Assembly (NCBI RefSeq): GCF_006345805.1
Contig: NW_021833018.1
Coordinates: forward strand, 124,001-188,000
DNA length: 64,000 nt
Source of the DNA: Octopus sinensis
Taxonomy: Eukaryota
Direction: 5' to 3'
How positions within the stretch are numbered: position 1 is the stretch's first letter; the number at the start of each line of letters is the position of its first letter. A program made the position numbers and the translations under genes. Under the pieces are notes generated by a model that was not told the DNA's origin, did no database searches, and worked only from the letters and a program-made list of their open reading frames with translations. This document shows, piece after piece, positions 12,648-25,719 of the stretch.

Positions 12648-13140
12648 CAGTCAAACCCCTCTAAACCGATTGAAAAAGTCGTTAAATTTACTTATAACGA
12701 AAAAGTGGAACAGTAAAATTAATAAAAATCTGTCAATAAGTCTAATTCGAGATTGCCTCGTATTTAGCTTCGATTCAGCAATCACTTTATTGTTCAGATA
12801 GATCAGTCTGTTGACAGGATCGAGTAATGCAAAGTCTTGAGTGCAAGGAAAATGGAAGATTTAGTTTAGCAGTTGTTGAAAATTTGTGCGTGTTAATTTC
12901 TTTATATGTTTTGGCTCTGTTTGCTTATCAGATCACGGTCATTATCCTCAGAAGCTAAGACTGTTTAGTATTGTTCAACTAAAGATAATTCCAATCTTTA
13001 AAATTTCTAGTAAGTAGTTCCAAGTCTAAGTAGAGAAATTCTTTTTCTGTTATTGGATTATCGACTAGTCTATTTATGAGGGTTATGAACAGTAAATTGT
13101 TTCCGGGATTGTCTTTTAAATTATATATTTTGAATAGAAT
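12648..13140 (-). mobile_element. pogo/Tigger-like element (copy 2, truncated); carries the empty hAT target site
   Basis: TA+CAGTCAAACCCCTCTAAACCG is the reverse complement of 12154-12176; uninterrupted GGATTATCGACTAGTCTATTTATGAG near 13056-13081. Confidence 0.6.
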
Positions 13141-14129
13141 GCCAAACCGAGGTATCTTTCGGGTCACTCTGCGGTCCGCAAAAGGTAAAACACGATTCGC
13201 AGAGATATGCCTACTAAATATCTCCTAAACTTGCAAGAGTAGCAATAACTCGCTACTCTGATGCTCGTAATGTTCAGAACACGAAGGGCATCCTGTCGGC
13301 GTAACCGCAGCGCCAGTTTTCCCCCACAAGCCAGGAGGAGGCGTCTTGGCCAGCTTTTGCAGTGCATTCAACAATAAGTCCGAGCTAAAGCGTCGATTGA
13401 AGCACTGAAACAGAGTAGCTTACCCTTTTCTGGGCATCCAAGAAGCTTCCCAACACTTGGAAAAGAACGGATTTAACCTACTCCCCCTGAGTCGTGCATC
13501 GCAAGAACAAAGAAAAACTTACATAGTTAATATTTCTACGTAAATTGCTGAATTAGTTATTATGGAACCGTTTATTTTAATACCTTAAAGTTAAACAACA
13601 AGAAGACCAATTTTCTACCACAGAAACTTAACAAAAATTGACGACCGAATGATTACCTCATCACCAGAATGGACATAAGCATTTAGAAGATTTTATGAAG
13701 GTGTCTCTTCAACGTCGTTTAAAACTGTTAAAAAGTTTTAATCGTGGCAAATAGATTGGAAAATCTAAACTGTTCAAAGCACAGCGCCATCAGAAATGCG
13801 AAAAAATTACAGAAAGAAGTGAATATTAGCAGCTTTCAATGAAACCTCCCGAAAATGTTAAATGTCGCGCGCCATCCGCGTTACAAATTCTACCTTGTTA
13901 CACTTTTAGTCTATTGACCTATATTTTGATCCATATTTAGACTAGTATATTGAGATGTTTCCTTTTTGTCAAAAATGCGGCTTAAAAATTTAGTACTAAC
14001 TATTAAAGAGTACAAAAACATTGTTTCTTATTTGGAAAGCAATATGAATGATGAAAGTTTAACTAAAATAAAGAAGTCAAGACTCCAGGCTAATAACCAA
14101 TGATGAAACTAAAAAAATGTAATTGTTCA

Positions 14130-15140
14130 AGATGATTTGGAAACTATAAAGTCTGAATGTCTGAATCTACATTTGAAAACGCATTATGGAATAAACAAAA
14201 TGAAAGAATACTCTGACAACTATATTTTTAGTATTAAGAGATCAATTATCCGAAAAGTTTGCTGAATGTGTGGCCTGAGCTCAAAGTCAGCCGTTAAGAG
14301 CACATATTCCTTTAATAAACATTAAACTAAAAGTTCCAAGAGAGCGTTAAGAGATGGATATGGTAGATTTGAGTCTCTGGTCTGAAGAAAATCATGATAT
14401 CAAATATATTTTTAACGCAATCAATATTTATTCCAAATTTTGCTTTGCCCGAGCTACTAATTAGAAGGAAGCATTTTTAACCTATTCCCTCTTCGCGTAC
14501 CCAGAAGATCCTTGGCGTAGTTTTCGACTCCTTAATGACGTTCTCAAGTCACGTGAAGAAGGTTCTAGCTAAAGGTCTTCGGAAGTGGAACGTCTTGAAA
14601 GCGCTGTTAAAGAAGAGTTCCTTCCCCCTGGAGGATTGTGTCAGCAAGGTCTACCAACAAGTGATTGCCCCGACGGTTGAGTATGCCTGCTCAGCCTGGA
14701 GGTTTGCAATTGCTTGTTCGAAAGCGGAACGTTTGAACTCGCTATGAAGGAAGATTATGCTCCACACTGACACCTCAGTTGGCAGCCTTGTTTCCGAGGA
14801 GGCGACGCGGAAGAATGGACAGGGTTTCCTACGTTTCTGCAAGGAACTGGGAAACCCATTCAAGGAAAAGGTGGCCCATGCAGATGAATTTCGGTCGGTT
14901 ATAAAGAAATGTACGCCGATTGAGTTCCTCTGCAGAAGGAAGAGAAGGCGTTTCCGGGATACGGTTGGGTCATCAGAAGACCATTTAAGGAGAGTCCGGC
15001 TGTTGTTGGAGGCAGGGATCACCTAATTAGTTAGTTTTGACCTATCTTTCTCGGTGATCTTGGAGTTAATAAATAATAATAAGCATTACTAATTTCTTCT
15101 GTTTTAAAAGATTTATTTTATAATTTTGGCCCTCCTCCTG
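14130..15140 (+). mobile_element. Degenerate Ginger-like DDE integrase remnant interrupted by a LINE fragment
   Basis: ER*EMDMVD..KYIFNAINIYSKFCFARA continues after the insert as ALLISSVLKDLFYNFGPP. Confidence 0.55.
14476..15080 (+). mobile_element. 5'-truncated LINE 3' fragment with (TAA)n-like tail
   Basis: KILGVVFDSLMTFSSHV..VYQQVIAPTVEYACSAW; flanked by 7-bp direct repeat AAGCATT (14469-14475, 15081-15087). Confidence 0.75.
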
Positions 15141-15616
15141 ATTCGGACTGACGAAATCGGCTACCACTTCCTTTCATAACGTACCTAAATTGGACGCTCT
15201 TCGTGACATACCGAACTAAACCAGATCATCCATTCTCACTTCGTAATGCTGGATTCCACTCTCAGCTGGAACCTACAGAGATCGTTCTTTTTTAAAAAGG
15301 AAAGTGTCTGGTTTAGAATGTCACACATGTGAGCTTCTTTTTTGCCCAGAACATGCCTGTATCACGGAAAAGCCCATCCAAACCGGCCGAAGGTAAAAAG
15401 CCTGAGAAAAATGCTGATGTCGAGTCGAAAAATCTGGAATAAATGGGCCTTCCATCGGTAGCCTGCCTGACTCATCGGGAAACATACGAAAATGGTTACC
15501 AATCCGAACACCCTGCTATCCGCCAGTAACCGAATTAAGATCACTTGTAAACATTAAATTAAAAAATGACAAAAAAGAAGACATCAAAATCAAGGAAAGA
15601 AAGTAACAAGAAAGAA

Positions 15617-16687
15617 TCAATTATCAGCGATTGTATCACTATGCTTTGAACAAGATCTTGCAGGTGAACCATTAGTCACGTCAACCCTCTCCTCAAAAGC
15701 ATTCGACTTATTTGAAACGAACGAACCACTCCTATCAGCGGGACTCCTCGACCTGCTCACACTACGCCTATTACTTCCGCTACGACTCCTTCGACCACTA
15801 ATACGCTATCATTAATCCAAAACCTTGAAGAAGAACGTGAACGTCGCCTCCTCCTGGACCTTACTGGAGATCTACTTCTAGTGCCAGAAGAATTAGAACG
15901 ACTTCTAGAATCCCTCCTATCCTCCTCACTTACTCGAATGAAAGAAGATTCACCCTAAAAATCGGAAAGAAAAATCTACTTTATGTGAACGGAACTTGGA
16001 GTCGTGTAGTTTTTTAATCGCATAAAGCATATCGTCTCTCCTCATGAATGATACAACTCCCTTTCCTCCTCCAAACACATCTGCATATGCAATATCTCCG
16101 CAATCCCGCATATGATCCTTCAAATCTTGCCAACTCCCGGTCGGCGGAAGTCCTGCAAATTATTTATAAAGACATACCCGAGACAATAACCGAGTTCTTA
16201 GATCTTCGTGGAACAAAACTCGACGTCCTGTTGGAAGATCTCGAGTATGACCCTTTCGGAAATTCAACTCTTATTCGATATCCGTCCACTGAATATCCAT
16301 TTCTGCGATGAACTGCATCGTCGGCGGCACTAGAACAGTTTGAGAGACTCCATAAGCCAATTTTGAATAACAGATCCAATTTTAATAATCCTCCAGCTAA
16401 TCCACACTTTTTAATTAATATAAAATATATGATAAGTAATTAGAGATATATGACATCGCAACTATAAAGACACTAGCCACTAGGGAATGCAGTATAATAG
16501 GTAAATAAAATTACTGTCGATGATCCATTTCCACAAATGCAAAAGGTAAACCACGCCCATTTCGAGGTTGTTTAAGATCTACATGTACAACACGTCCATA
16601 TTTTCTGAAAATGTTCTCAATTTCACTTTCTCTTATGTCTGCGGGGAGATTTCCAACGTATAATCGAGCATCATTACGATAAGACAT
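15617..16687 (-). CDS. SRSF1: SR splicing factor, SRSF1/SRSF9 (ASF/SF2) family
   Basis: RRM1 [19 protein letters not shown]; RRM2 signature [15 protein letters not shown]; RS tail; first intron 16330-16514; stop TGA 15617-15619. Confidence 0.9.
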
Positions 16688-16708
16688 CACAAAGGATACA
16701 CGCGGTAA

Positions 16709-16716
16709 CCGGAAGT
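16709..16716. promoter_or_regulatory. ETS/GABP-type motif CCGGAAGT ~20 nt upstream of the SRSF1 start
   Basis: Exact CCGGAAGT in an otherwise AT-rich upstream region; motif match only. Confidence 0.3.
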
Positions 16717-16746
16717 AAATTAAATATTATTTTATTTTAACTATAA

Positions 16747-19164
16747 ATTTTTTTAAATTTTATTAATGGGTTTTTATTAATGATAATTTAGTTAGTATTA
16801 TGTTTATGATAGATATGTAGCCTGGCGGATTACCAAACCGTTTCCCCGGATAATGGCGATCGAGAACCGTTGCATTAGCCAGTCCGCCTCCCGAGGATCA
16901 TGGGTGCGCATTGAGATTTTGGCTCCGAGGTTGCGAAGAAACTTTTCAGTTTTTGGACCGCCGCTATCGGCACCATGGAAAACTCCTCTGAGAGGGCAGA
17001 ATATTTTGATAGCTTTAAATCTTCAGCCTTCTTAGCTGCAGATTTAGCATTCAGAGCACACGAAGTTAAATGAGAAGCAGAAAAGGTGTCCCAGCAGGTT
17101 GCATCCCATAGGGGGCCTTTTCCGCCTTCAAAGGGGGCTTGCTTCCCAGACTCGCCTTCTCTCCAGTCATCAAAGTCGCACAAACAGTCTCAATGTCGCA
17201 AACATGAGAACCCAGAAGCCCAACAACTCCGTTTACGCAAAATGATCCATTCTAAACTTACCGAGGGCGGAGTCCGTGCAGCTCTCAGAGTTATTTCGTC
17301 TGACAATGGACCACTCAACCCGTCTAGGTCAGTCTTTGAGGCTTTGCTCGAAAAACATCCACTGTCTCCTGCGGACCTTCGCGTCTGTTCCTATCCGGCC
17401 AAACAACCGCCTTTACTTTTTTCGGAAGATGATGTCTCTGTCGGGATCCACTCTTTCGCTCCGTGCAGCAGCGGAGGAGCCGACGGGCTCCGCCCGGGAC
17501 ATTTGAAGAACCTTACCGCTCATACCGTGGGTGAGCCTGCCACTCGTCTGCTCAAATCTATCATTTGCCTGTTAAATGAACTGGTCCAAGGGAATCTGCC
17601 GGATACTATCCGTCGCATTCTCTTTTCAGCCAACCTCACCACTTTTGGCAAAAAATGCGGAGGGATCCGCCCAATTGCGGTCGGCTTGCAGCCAAGATCG
17701 CATGCAAGAAAATTATCCCCACCATTGCCGCAAAGCTCAGTCCAGTCCAACTCGGGATCGGCGTGCCTGGAGGATGTGAATCTGCGGTTCATGCTATCCG
17801 CACTTTCTCAGAAGCGTGCAGGAAATCACAATGTCCAAACATTCTGATCAAGCTTGACATCAGAAATGCATTCAACAGTATCCGACGGGACCGAATTTTA
17901 GAGGCCTGATCTGAGTATTGTCCTTTCTTATTTTGGCTAACTTTCCAATCATACGACCAACCATCTTCCCTTATCTTTGATTCCGACACTATCCCGTCTG
18001 CTTCGGGAGTCCAACAGGGAGACCCTCTGGGGCCACTCCTTTTCTGTCTTGGAATCTCCGAGGTGACCAAGCTTCTATCTTCTCCATTAAACCTCTGATA
18101 TCTCGACGACGCCACTCTCGGTGGCCCTTCGGACATCGTCCTGCAGAACATAATTAAAATCATTCCGGCTCTGGAGAAAATCGGCCTCATTTTAAATTTC
18201 TCCAAATGTGAAATTTCCAACCTCGGATGCTCGCAATCTATTTTCGAAGACGCTGTTTCCTCTTTCTGCGATCTTATCCCGGGAGTTCAATCTACTCCCA
18301 TTGACGAACTTTTTATCCTCGGAGCCCCGATAGCTGGCAACTCTATCGATGTGGCCCTACGCAAAAAAGAACTTTTTCTCGAGGAAGCTTTTGATCGTAT
18401 CAGACAGCTGGACTCGCACACAGCATTATTCCTCCTACGGAATTGCTTTTTGATCCAAAAGCTCTCCTATTTGCTTCGCTCTTCTCCGTGTTTTGATTTT
18501 CCAGAGAGGCTTTCAGCCATTGACCTCCTTATCCGCACTTGCACTCAGAACATATGCAATTCCCCCTTCGACGACATGGGTTAGAGACAGGCAACCCTCC
18601 CGTTGTCTTTTGGAGGGCTCGGCATTCGCTCATGTTCCGACCTATCGTTGCCTGCTTTCCTCTCTTCCGTCTCCGCGAGTCACAGACTTGTCATGGAAAT
18701 TCTACGCTCCTTTTCTGAATTTTCCTTGGACACAAATGTGGCTCATTTCAGCAAAGTCTGGAGGGAACAAGGTCTTGACTTTCCGGAAAATCGAATGTCT
18801 CAACGAGCCTGGGATCGAATTAGATGCAAGCAAACTTTCAATCTGCTGCTCGAGTCGTCCAACCAGCACCGCCGCGCTTGCCTTCTGTCGGCTGCATCCC
18901 CGGCTAGTGGAGCTTGGCTTTGTGCATTCCCGAACGCCCCATCTGGCACTCTCCTTGACGATGAAGCGGTAAGGATCGGAGTCTTTCTGCGCCTCGGACT
19001 GAGGCAATGTGTCCCGCACACGTGCCGCTGTGGCTGCACTGTTGACCCTTTCGGTCTGCACCCTTTATCGTGCAGGAGGAGTGCCGGACGTTTCCCGAGG
19101 CACTCTGCTATAAATGACATCATACGGAGGGCCCTCGACTCGGCGGGATTTCCTTCGGTCCTCG
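16747..19164. mobile_element. CRE-clade non-LTR retrotransposon, decayed, with inverted 5' segment
   Basis: Plus strand ~17140-19164: GIRPIAVG, KLDIRNAFNS, GVQQGDPLGPLLF, YLDD, LSCRRSAGRFPRH. Minus strand 16747-~17136: PFEGGKGPLWDATC..KLSKY. Candidate TSD TTTTAACTATAA / TTTAAACTATAA. Confidence 0.88.
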
Positions 19165-19269
19165 TTTAAACTATAATATTTTTAAAAAATTAATCTATTT
19201 GAAATATATTTTATTGTATTAAATAAGAATATTTTTTTATAAATATTTGGATACTTAAAGTTTTATTTA

Positions 19270-20690
19270 TTTAAACACCAAGACCACAGTAGAAACCGGA
19301 CAAATGATCACGTGATTTTGTTGCACTCTACTAGGGACCCACTCGTTGTACTTTCCACGAGCCCACAAAGATCACCGGGTGGGTGATTGGTTCCGCTGGG
19401 ATATTGGGCGATAATTTGGAGTTCTGTTTAATCAGATCCTTTAGAAAAGCCGGTCCGAAATGTTCTTTATTGTAATATCAACGTTCGATTAATCTATATG
19501 CCCTTAGTTTGGCCTTCCAGATTCTTCTCCTGCTGGTCCAAGATAGCTGCGGGCGTACGATATGGACGGTTCAGAGTATTGACAATAAATATTTCCCAAT
19601 ATCGGGGGAGAACCGTTTTTCCATAATCTGAATAAAGTTTTCAGTACATTCGTTTTTTTGTTCACATTTCCGAAGTGCAATCTCTGCGTATGTAGAGAAA
19701 CTGAGATGCCTGTTCAGAGTCACTCCTAGGACCGTCTGGCTTCTATTTAACGGTGTGGCCTATTGTTCGGCTTCAAAACGACGATCTTTGTTCCCAATCT
19801 TTTATCAGATTTGAAAAGGGACGTGGCAGCGTTCACAACGAGCCGGTTATCAGTTAGCCAGACGTTGAGCCGATCAAAGTTGACTTGGAGCCTTTCAGAG
19901 GCCTTTTGGATGTCCCGATCCCTTTAGGCCAATCCGATGTCATCCAAATAAAATAGGATAACATCATTATTGTCGGTAGGGGAGATCTTCCAGGAGAAGG
20001 TTGAAAGGACCAGAAATAAGGGGGATCTCTAAGGAACTCCGTAGGGCAGGATTCGGAATGTAAACTTAGATCTCCGAGGCACACCATTTTCCTTCGTCCA
20101 CTTAGGAGGTTAGTGATTCAAAACTTGAGCTTTTACTGGAATTTCCTTGATAGGATCTTCCTCGAAATCAAGTCAAAGGCTTTGTGTATGTCGACAGAAC
20201 AGAGGACCATCTTTAACTGTCTCAGTTTGGTGCAAATCCAATACGAATGAAATCCGTCAATGTCTCATTTTTGAACCCATGTTGAAAAGGCCTTTCCGGT
20301 AAAAATTCTTTTATTCTTCCAAGAACCAACCTCTCCAGAATTTTTGACATGGAACATAACTAGGGAAACCGGTCTCTAGGTTCGTCTTTAGGTCTTCCAG
20401 GTTTCAGTATCGGTCTTATTTCTATAATGACTGTATTACATTTTTGTTTATCGATTGGTGAAGATATTTGTTAGAAAGGTAGCTCCTTTGTCACCAAGAT
20501 TTTTAGATAGGATAACTTGGATTTTATCTGAACCATGCGACTATTTCGTTTTTTGGAATATAAAGTATCCAACGTCTCTTTTACCGAGAAAAGGAGAGGG
20601 ACTAACCATTTATTATGTCTTCTGTTTTAGGGCAATCTATCTGATTCCCTGTGCTTCTTGTGTGCTATTTTCACATAGAATTTGTTTGAT
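19270..20690 (-). mobile_element. Highly degenerate LINE reverse-transcriptase remnant
   Basis: Minus-strand fragments RPVSLVMFHVKNSG/ERLVL, VDIHKAFDL, GVPR, YLDDIG; many stops; boundaries approximate. Confidence 0.6.
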
Positions 20691-20774
20691 TATATATGGC
20701 ATAACTTATTTTAATATAGTTTATCAGCATAAAGCGATAATTTAGTTATATTTTCAGATATTTTAATAGTAATA

Positions 20775-21338
20775 ATGCTTAAAAACAACACTAAATTATT
20801 AACATATAGTTTAATGTCTCTTGTGCGTCCTAGTTTTGTGCTCTCAAAATTTATTTCTGCAATAAAACCATTTTCTCAGAGAACATTGAGTCATGAGATT
20901 AAAACAACATCAAAAGACAGATTTATCTATAAAGATCCTCATCGAGGAAAAGTCGGTATGTCCCCAAACGATATTTTTAGCTGCTGATGTGGCCGAAGCC
21001 GACGCTTTAGGTAGTTGTGTGGGCTACGAACGAGAAGAGTTGCTCCGTGAACAAATTTTTGGAGAGGTAGATTTGTACCAAATTTATTCTCATGACTAGC
21101 CAATTACAAACAACATTTTCCGTGTTAAAGCATCCGGAACAAAGTCAGATCCGACACTGGTTTACTCACCTCATGACATGATGGACGTTGGATGCATTTG
21201 TATAACATCGACTGTCATTTCTAAGGCCACGACGAGGCTGAGACTGTTCAGTGGTTTCCTCTGCACAAAGGAGAGCAGAAAAGATGTGTTTGCGGACATT
21301 GGTACCGATTGGCGGAAATTCCCGATCTAGAGTTATAA
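20775..21338 (+). CDS. COX5B: Cytochrome c oxidase subunit 5B
   Basis: Basic transit-peptide-like N-terminus; GYEREELL; GTKSDPTLV; VGCIC^..VQWFPLHKGEQKRCVCGHWYRL Zn site; three short introns. Confidence 0.85.
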
Positions 21339-21500
21339 TAACTTACTCACAATTTTTCTTACTAATTAATACATGATCGAGTCCTTAAATATTTAATTGA
21401 TTATTTCCGTTGTTTTAGTCTTTGGGTGTATCCTAGTTTTGATTTATCTGATCGGAAAATTTTTAATTATGCAGCAAATGATGTTTCTTGGCAACTTATA

Positions 21501-24500
21501 ATGTCGAGCTGGGGGAAAATATATAATTTTAAAACAAATCAATGCATCATAAGAAACACCGTAGCAGTTGGATGTTTCTTTGAAAATGCCCCTTCTTTGG
21601 CGTTTGGAAATACTTGTGGGAAGGTAGAACTCCATATAATTGATAGGTCGTGCTGTATAACTTGGGAGTAGGAAATTTGGAAAAGAATTTTGTGGAAGTC
21701 GATGTCCTTAACTTTAACAGACAAATATACGTATTATACGCATTTAGTCGGCCTGATTCGAATGACATTTTATTGGTGGGGACCTCTGATAGCATAATTG
21801 CATATGACTTAAAGTTGAATATTCAGTTATTCTCGAAAGAAGTATTATAATTTCATATCTTTTTAGGTTCTTGGGGGTTGTTGGAGTATTGGGAGTGGAA
21901 CCATTTCTGGGGATGTCGACAAGACAATTATATTATCTGGTCCTTCTACTTTGCAAGGATACAAAATGGACGGCACTTCTACTCTATGGACTGTGTTAGC
22001 TGGGAAAATCAGATCATTTTGTGTCCTCGATTTTGATTCGAACGGAAGAAACGAAATTATTGCTGGTTCAGAAGATATGGAAATTAAATTCTACGATAAG
22101 GAAGATATTGTTTGGGAGATATTTGAGGATGATGTAATCTAAACTTTAAAACCCTTAATCAGGTAGTAATTTCACTTTGCGTTTTAAACAAAACTTGCTT
22201 TGGTTATCTGCTTAAAAACGGGACATACGGAGTCTATGAGTCGACTAATAAAAAATGGTCGAGAAAGGTAGTGCTGTTCGATAATACGAGTTATGTTCAC
22301 TTTAGAATAAAATCAACCCCGTAAACATGGTTTCTTTGGATATTAACAGAAATGGACAGAAGGAAATGATTATTGGTTGGGAAGACGGAACTGTTTGTGC
22401 TTAATTTTTACATTTAGGTCTCCTTCGTCAATTCAGATATTGGTTCTGTCATTTATGAGGAAAAATTGACGGGATCAATTGCAGGGGTGGCAGAGGTAAT
22501 GTTATTCAGCTTTTTCTAGATTCTTTTTAACGGATGTGAAAACTTAAATCACCTCCTAGTCTGCACTGTTCACGGTGAAGGTATTTTTAGCCAACGATAA
22601 ATAATGTAGTAAGGACATATGGAAATTTGACTTTGAAATCTACTCAAATAAAAACTACAAAGTCGCCCAGCCAAGACAACATAAAAATTTCAACAAAAGT
22701 CGTTTCTGGACAGACAAATAGTAATTCTCAGCGTTACGAAGCAAAAGAATTGATAGAAGATGAATATTTGGAAAAGAAAACCATCGAAAATGAAAAGTTT
22801 GTCGCAACAAGTGCAAATAAATCGACTACAAAAGCATTCAATGATTTAGTTTCCCAGTTCGGGATCAGTTTGACTGATTTCTCAAAAAATTATTCAAAAG
22901 CGAACGACTTTTGGATTAACGAAGCCTTTAGAAATAACTGTAATGACGACATTATTCGTTTAATGTCAAAATTTGTCGAATTAGAGTTTTACTGGAATAC
23001 GGATGCCGATTTGACGAGTTTAATTGAAATTTTTAATGAACATTTACCATTTCTCAGAAATTTATTACAAAAATATAAACAAGAAAAAGCCATTGAATCA
23101 TCGAACACGATTTTTGAAAACATATCTAAATTAGTTGACGAATGCCAACTTTTTGTGGCAGAAAGTGAAACGATAAATAATTTTCAAAAAAAACTGACTT
23201 TATTGCAAGATATCAATAAACAGACAACTTGCATCAACATGAATCTCGATAAAATTTCAGAAGTCTGTGAGTCGTTGAGGACGGCCTTGTTTTCTGAAGT
23301 CATGAATATTTTCAACTTTTCCTCAGCAACTAAATCAATCAAGATGCCTAGTTATCTAATTGAGATCGAATATAGGTTGAGAGAAACATTGAATAGTTTT
23401 TACAAGTTCAGAAAAACCAAAAATATTAAAAAATTTATTTTGGAGGCCACTCAGTTCAACGAAAAATATGTTTCAAACTTTATTTATTATTTTACGTCTT
23501 GTTTCAAACAAATTCGGGAAAACAGCAAAAATATTATCACGATGATTGAGATGTCCCCAACTAACGAAATGGTTTTTGTTAGTGCATACCAAGAAATTAA
23601 TTTCATTTTGAATTGTTTATTTCTAGTCAGAAGATCTAACGTGAATTTTAACGTTAGCAAAGAGTATGAGACCTTAAACACAAATATATTCAACTTTGCC
23701 CAATTTATCCTTGAATCGGTTGAGAATAACCAAAAAATATCATTTGAATTAAAAACCATGTTGAATGTTGCACTTACGAATTTACAAACAGAGTTGAACA
23801 TTCATGCTGAAATTGATTTTTTTGGAGGCTACTTTTTAATTAAAAATTGCCTCTTTAAACTTGAAAAAGTCTCAAGATCTCTAATATTAAACGATAGTCG
23901 TGGTGATATGGAACAGCTTTCGAAACTGAAAGGTCCTACTGGCAAGGCTCTGAACAAATTACAAACTGCTTTTAATCTTTATGACATGCACATCCCAATA
24001 GACGAACTAAAAATATATTTTCGCCTTGTTGGGCAGACAGCATTGAAAATTTGGAAAATTTTAAAAAAACACCCAAACATATTTCAATCAGATTTGATCG
24101 AGTTAGCAAAGGACAGCATTCGAGACATTGAAAGTTGGGAAGCCAATATAAATGAAACATCGAACATTATTGAATACCAGAGGCAGCAGGAACGAAAGCG
24201 ACTAGAAGTTTTAAATGCAAAAAAACAGGTTCAAACTGCTTTTGGTTATTACAGAACTTGAAGATAGCAGTGACTCGTATCAAAGACGATGTTTCCAAGA
24301 GGCCAAATTCAGGTCTACTGGTGATTTGGTACTCAATATTTATAATAGACTGACTTTACCGTAAAATGCGAGATTCTCAGATCACCGGAGATCGAAGTAA
24401 ATTATTAAAACTTTAATTATAGGAAAGTATGAGTATTAGAGTGAGGACTAGTTCAAGTTAAATAAACTGTTGTCATTTTAAAGATGCTTTTGTTTGGGGA

Positions 24501-25580
24501 ATGATTGGTTGTGCAATCGGGGTTTTTCAGCAAGACTCGGCGATAGTTGCGTTTTTACGTTTTTTATTGTTCTTAGTTTATTGAAAGAAGAAAATGTCTC
24601 AAATGAAGTTTATTTTAATTTCGTGACAGAAAAAGATGTGGAGAGCAAACTAATGCTGGACATTTTTATCGGAGCCCAGAACAGGTTAGATCAAGCTTTT
24701 TATCTTCAAGTGACATATACGCACTTAAAAATATCGAATTGAACCTTAGAAAGTTCATTATGTACGAAGTACTGACGACCATTCCTCCTGAACCTGAAGG
24801 AACAGTAAAATTCAAAATTAAAGAACGAATAAACAGGATTATGCTTTGGATTGATGAAAATTTCGAATATTCATCCCTGAATAGAGAATCCGTGTTTTTT
24901 TGTTTCTACTCATTAAGACACAAAAATTTATTAACGATTAAGGCTAGTGAACAAGGGGAGGTACTCGAGTAGTTTAAAACTTTAAAACTGCAGATTGTTT
25001 TAAAAACTGATAATATCGGATTGGCGGCAACAGTGGTTCAATCGCTGACAAAATTCCTAAAGATTTCTGAATTAAAATCAACATGCCACTTCCCTAAAGA
25101 AGTCGATGCAATTCGTTTGAATTTTGAAACAGTAATGCCTTTATGAGAATCTTTTTAGATTGTCGGCAGTACACAAACTAATCGAAATCTTGGAACTGAA
25201 TTGTCTGAAATAAGCAGCATTGTCAAGGGTTTAACATTGCTGGTCGACCATTACAGAAGTATTGACAACATGTTTGTCATAATAAATGATAAAACTTATT
25301 ACAGGGAACTGATGCGAAATACTTTACAAGAACTGCGAATTAGCAATGAGCAAGTCTTTAGAATGCAAAAAATAAAATATGAGAATCGAACTGCTTTAAT
25401 GGAATCATTAAAAAAATTGAACGAATCAATATTTCAGTGTTCCAATCTTAGAGGTAATCGGATAAAATTGGAAATAATGTAGTGGGTGTATATAAATCAC
25501 AAGTTGTTCAAATTTGCCGAGAAGGAATTAAAAAGATGAGTTTTGATACTATTCTAAGAGGGATAACTTACGGAGAGTAA
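21501..25580 (+). CDS. BBS2: Bardet-Biedl syndrome 2 protein with a large internal insertion; many short introns
   Basis: VAVGCF..PSLAFGNTCGK, LLVGTSDSIIAYD, DFDSNGRNEIIAGSEDMEI, FGYLLKNGTYGVY, MIIGWEDG, HGE^VRTY, KKQ^NL, FKIKERINRIMLWIDENF, LKKLNESIFQCSNLR^VGVYKSQVVQICRE. Confidence 0.9.
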
Positions 25581-25719
25581 TTTGAATTGATTTTTTTGAC
25601 ATTAAATCAAGCTAAATAAAATATTTAGCTATGAGTCATAATTATTAAATCAAAATAAGTTATTTTTAGTTTGTGTTTTCGTGATTTAATGTATTTTGTT
25701 ACATCAACCTTCTCCTCTT

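Noticed and set aside
13145-13500. GC-richer segment resembling a LINE ORF1 zinc-knuckle remnant (minus)
   Set aside because: Too degraded to support a call.
15145-15545. Possible piggyBac C-terminal Cys-rich remnant (CHTCELLFCPEH)
   Set aside because: No recognisable catalytic region or paired TTAA-TIR.
16691-16700. GTATCCTTT U12-like donor upstream of SRSF1 (minus), also GTATCCTT at 42030
   Set aside because: No matching branch box or acceptor, and no frame requires them.
22627-24261. 544-aa ORF as a standalone gene
   Set aside because: It starts at TTG and is joined in frame to BBS2 exons by canonical short introns on both sides.
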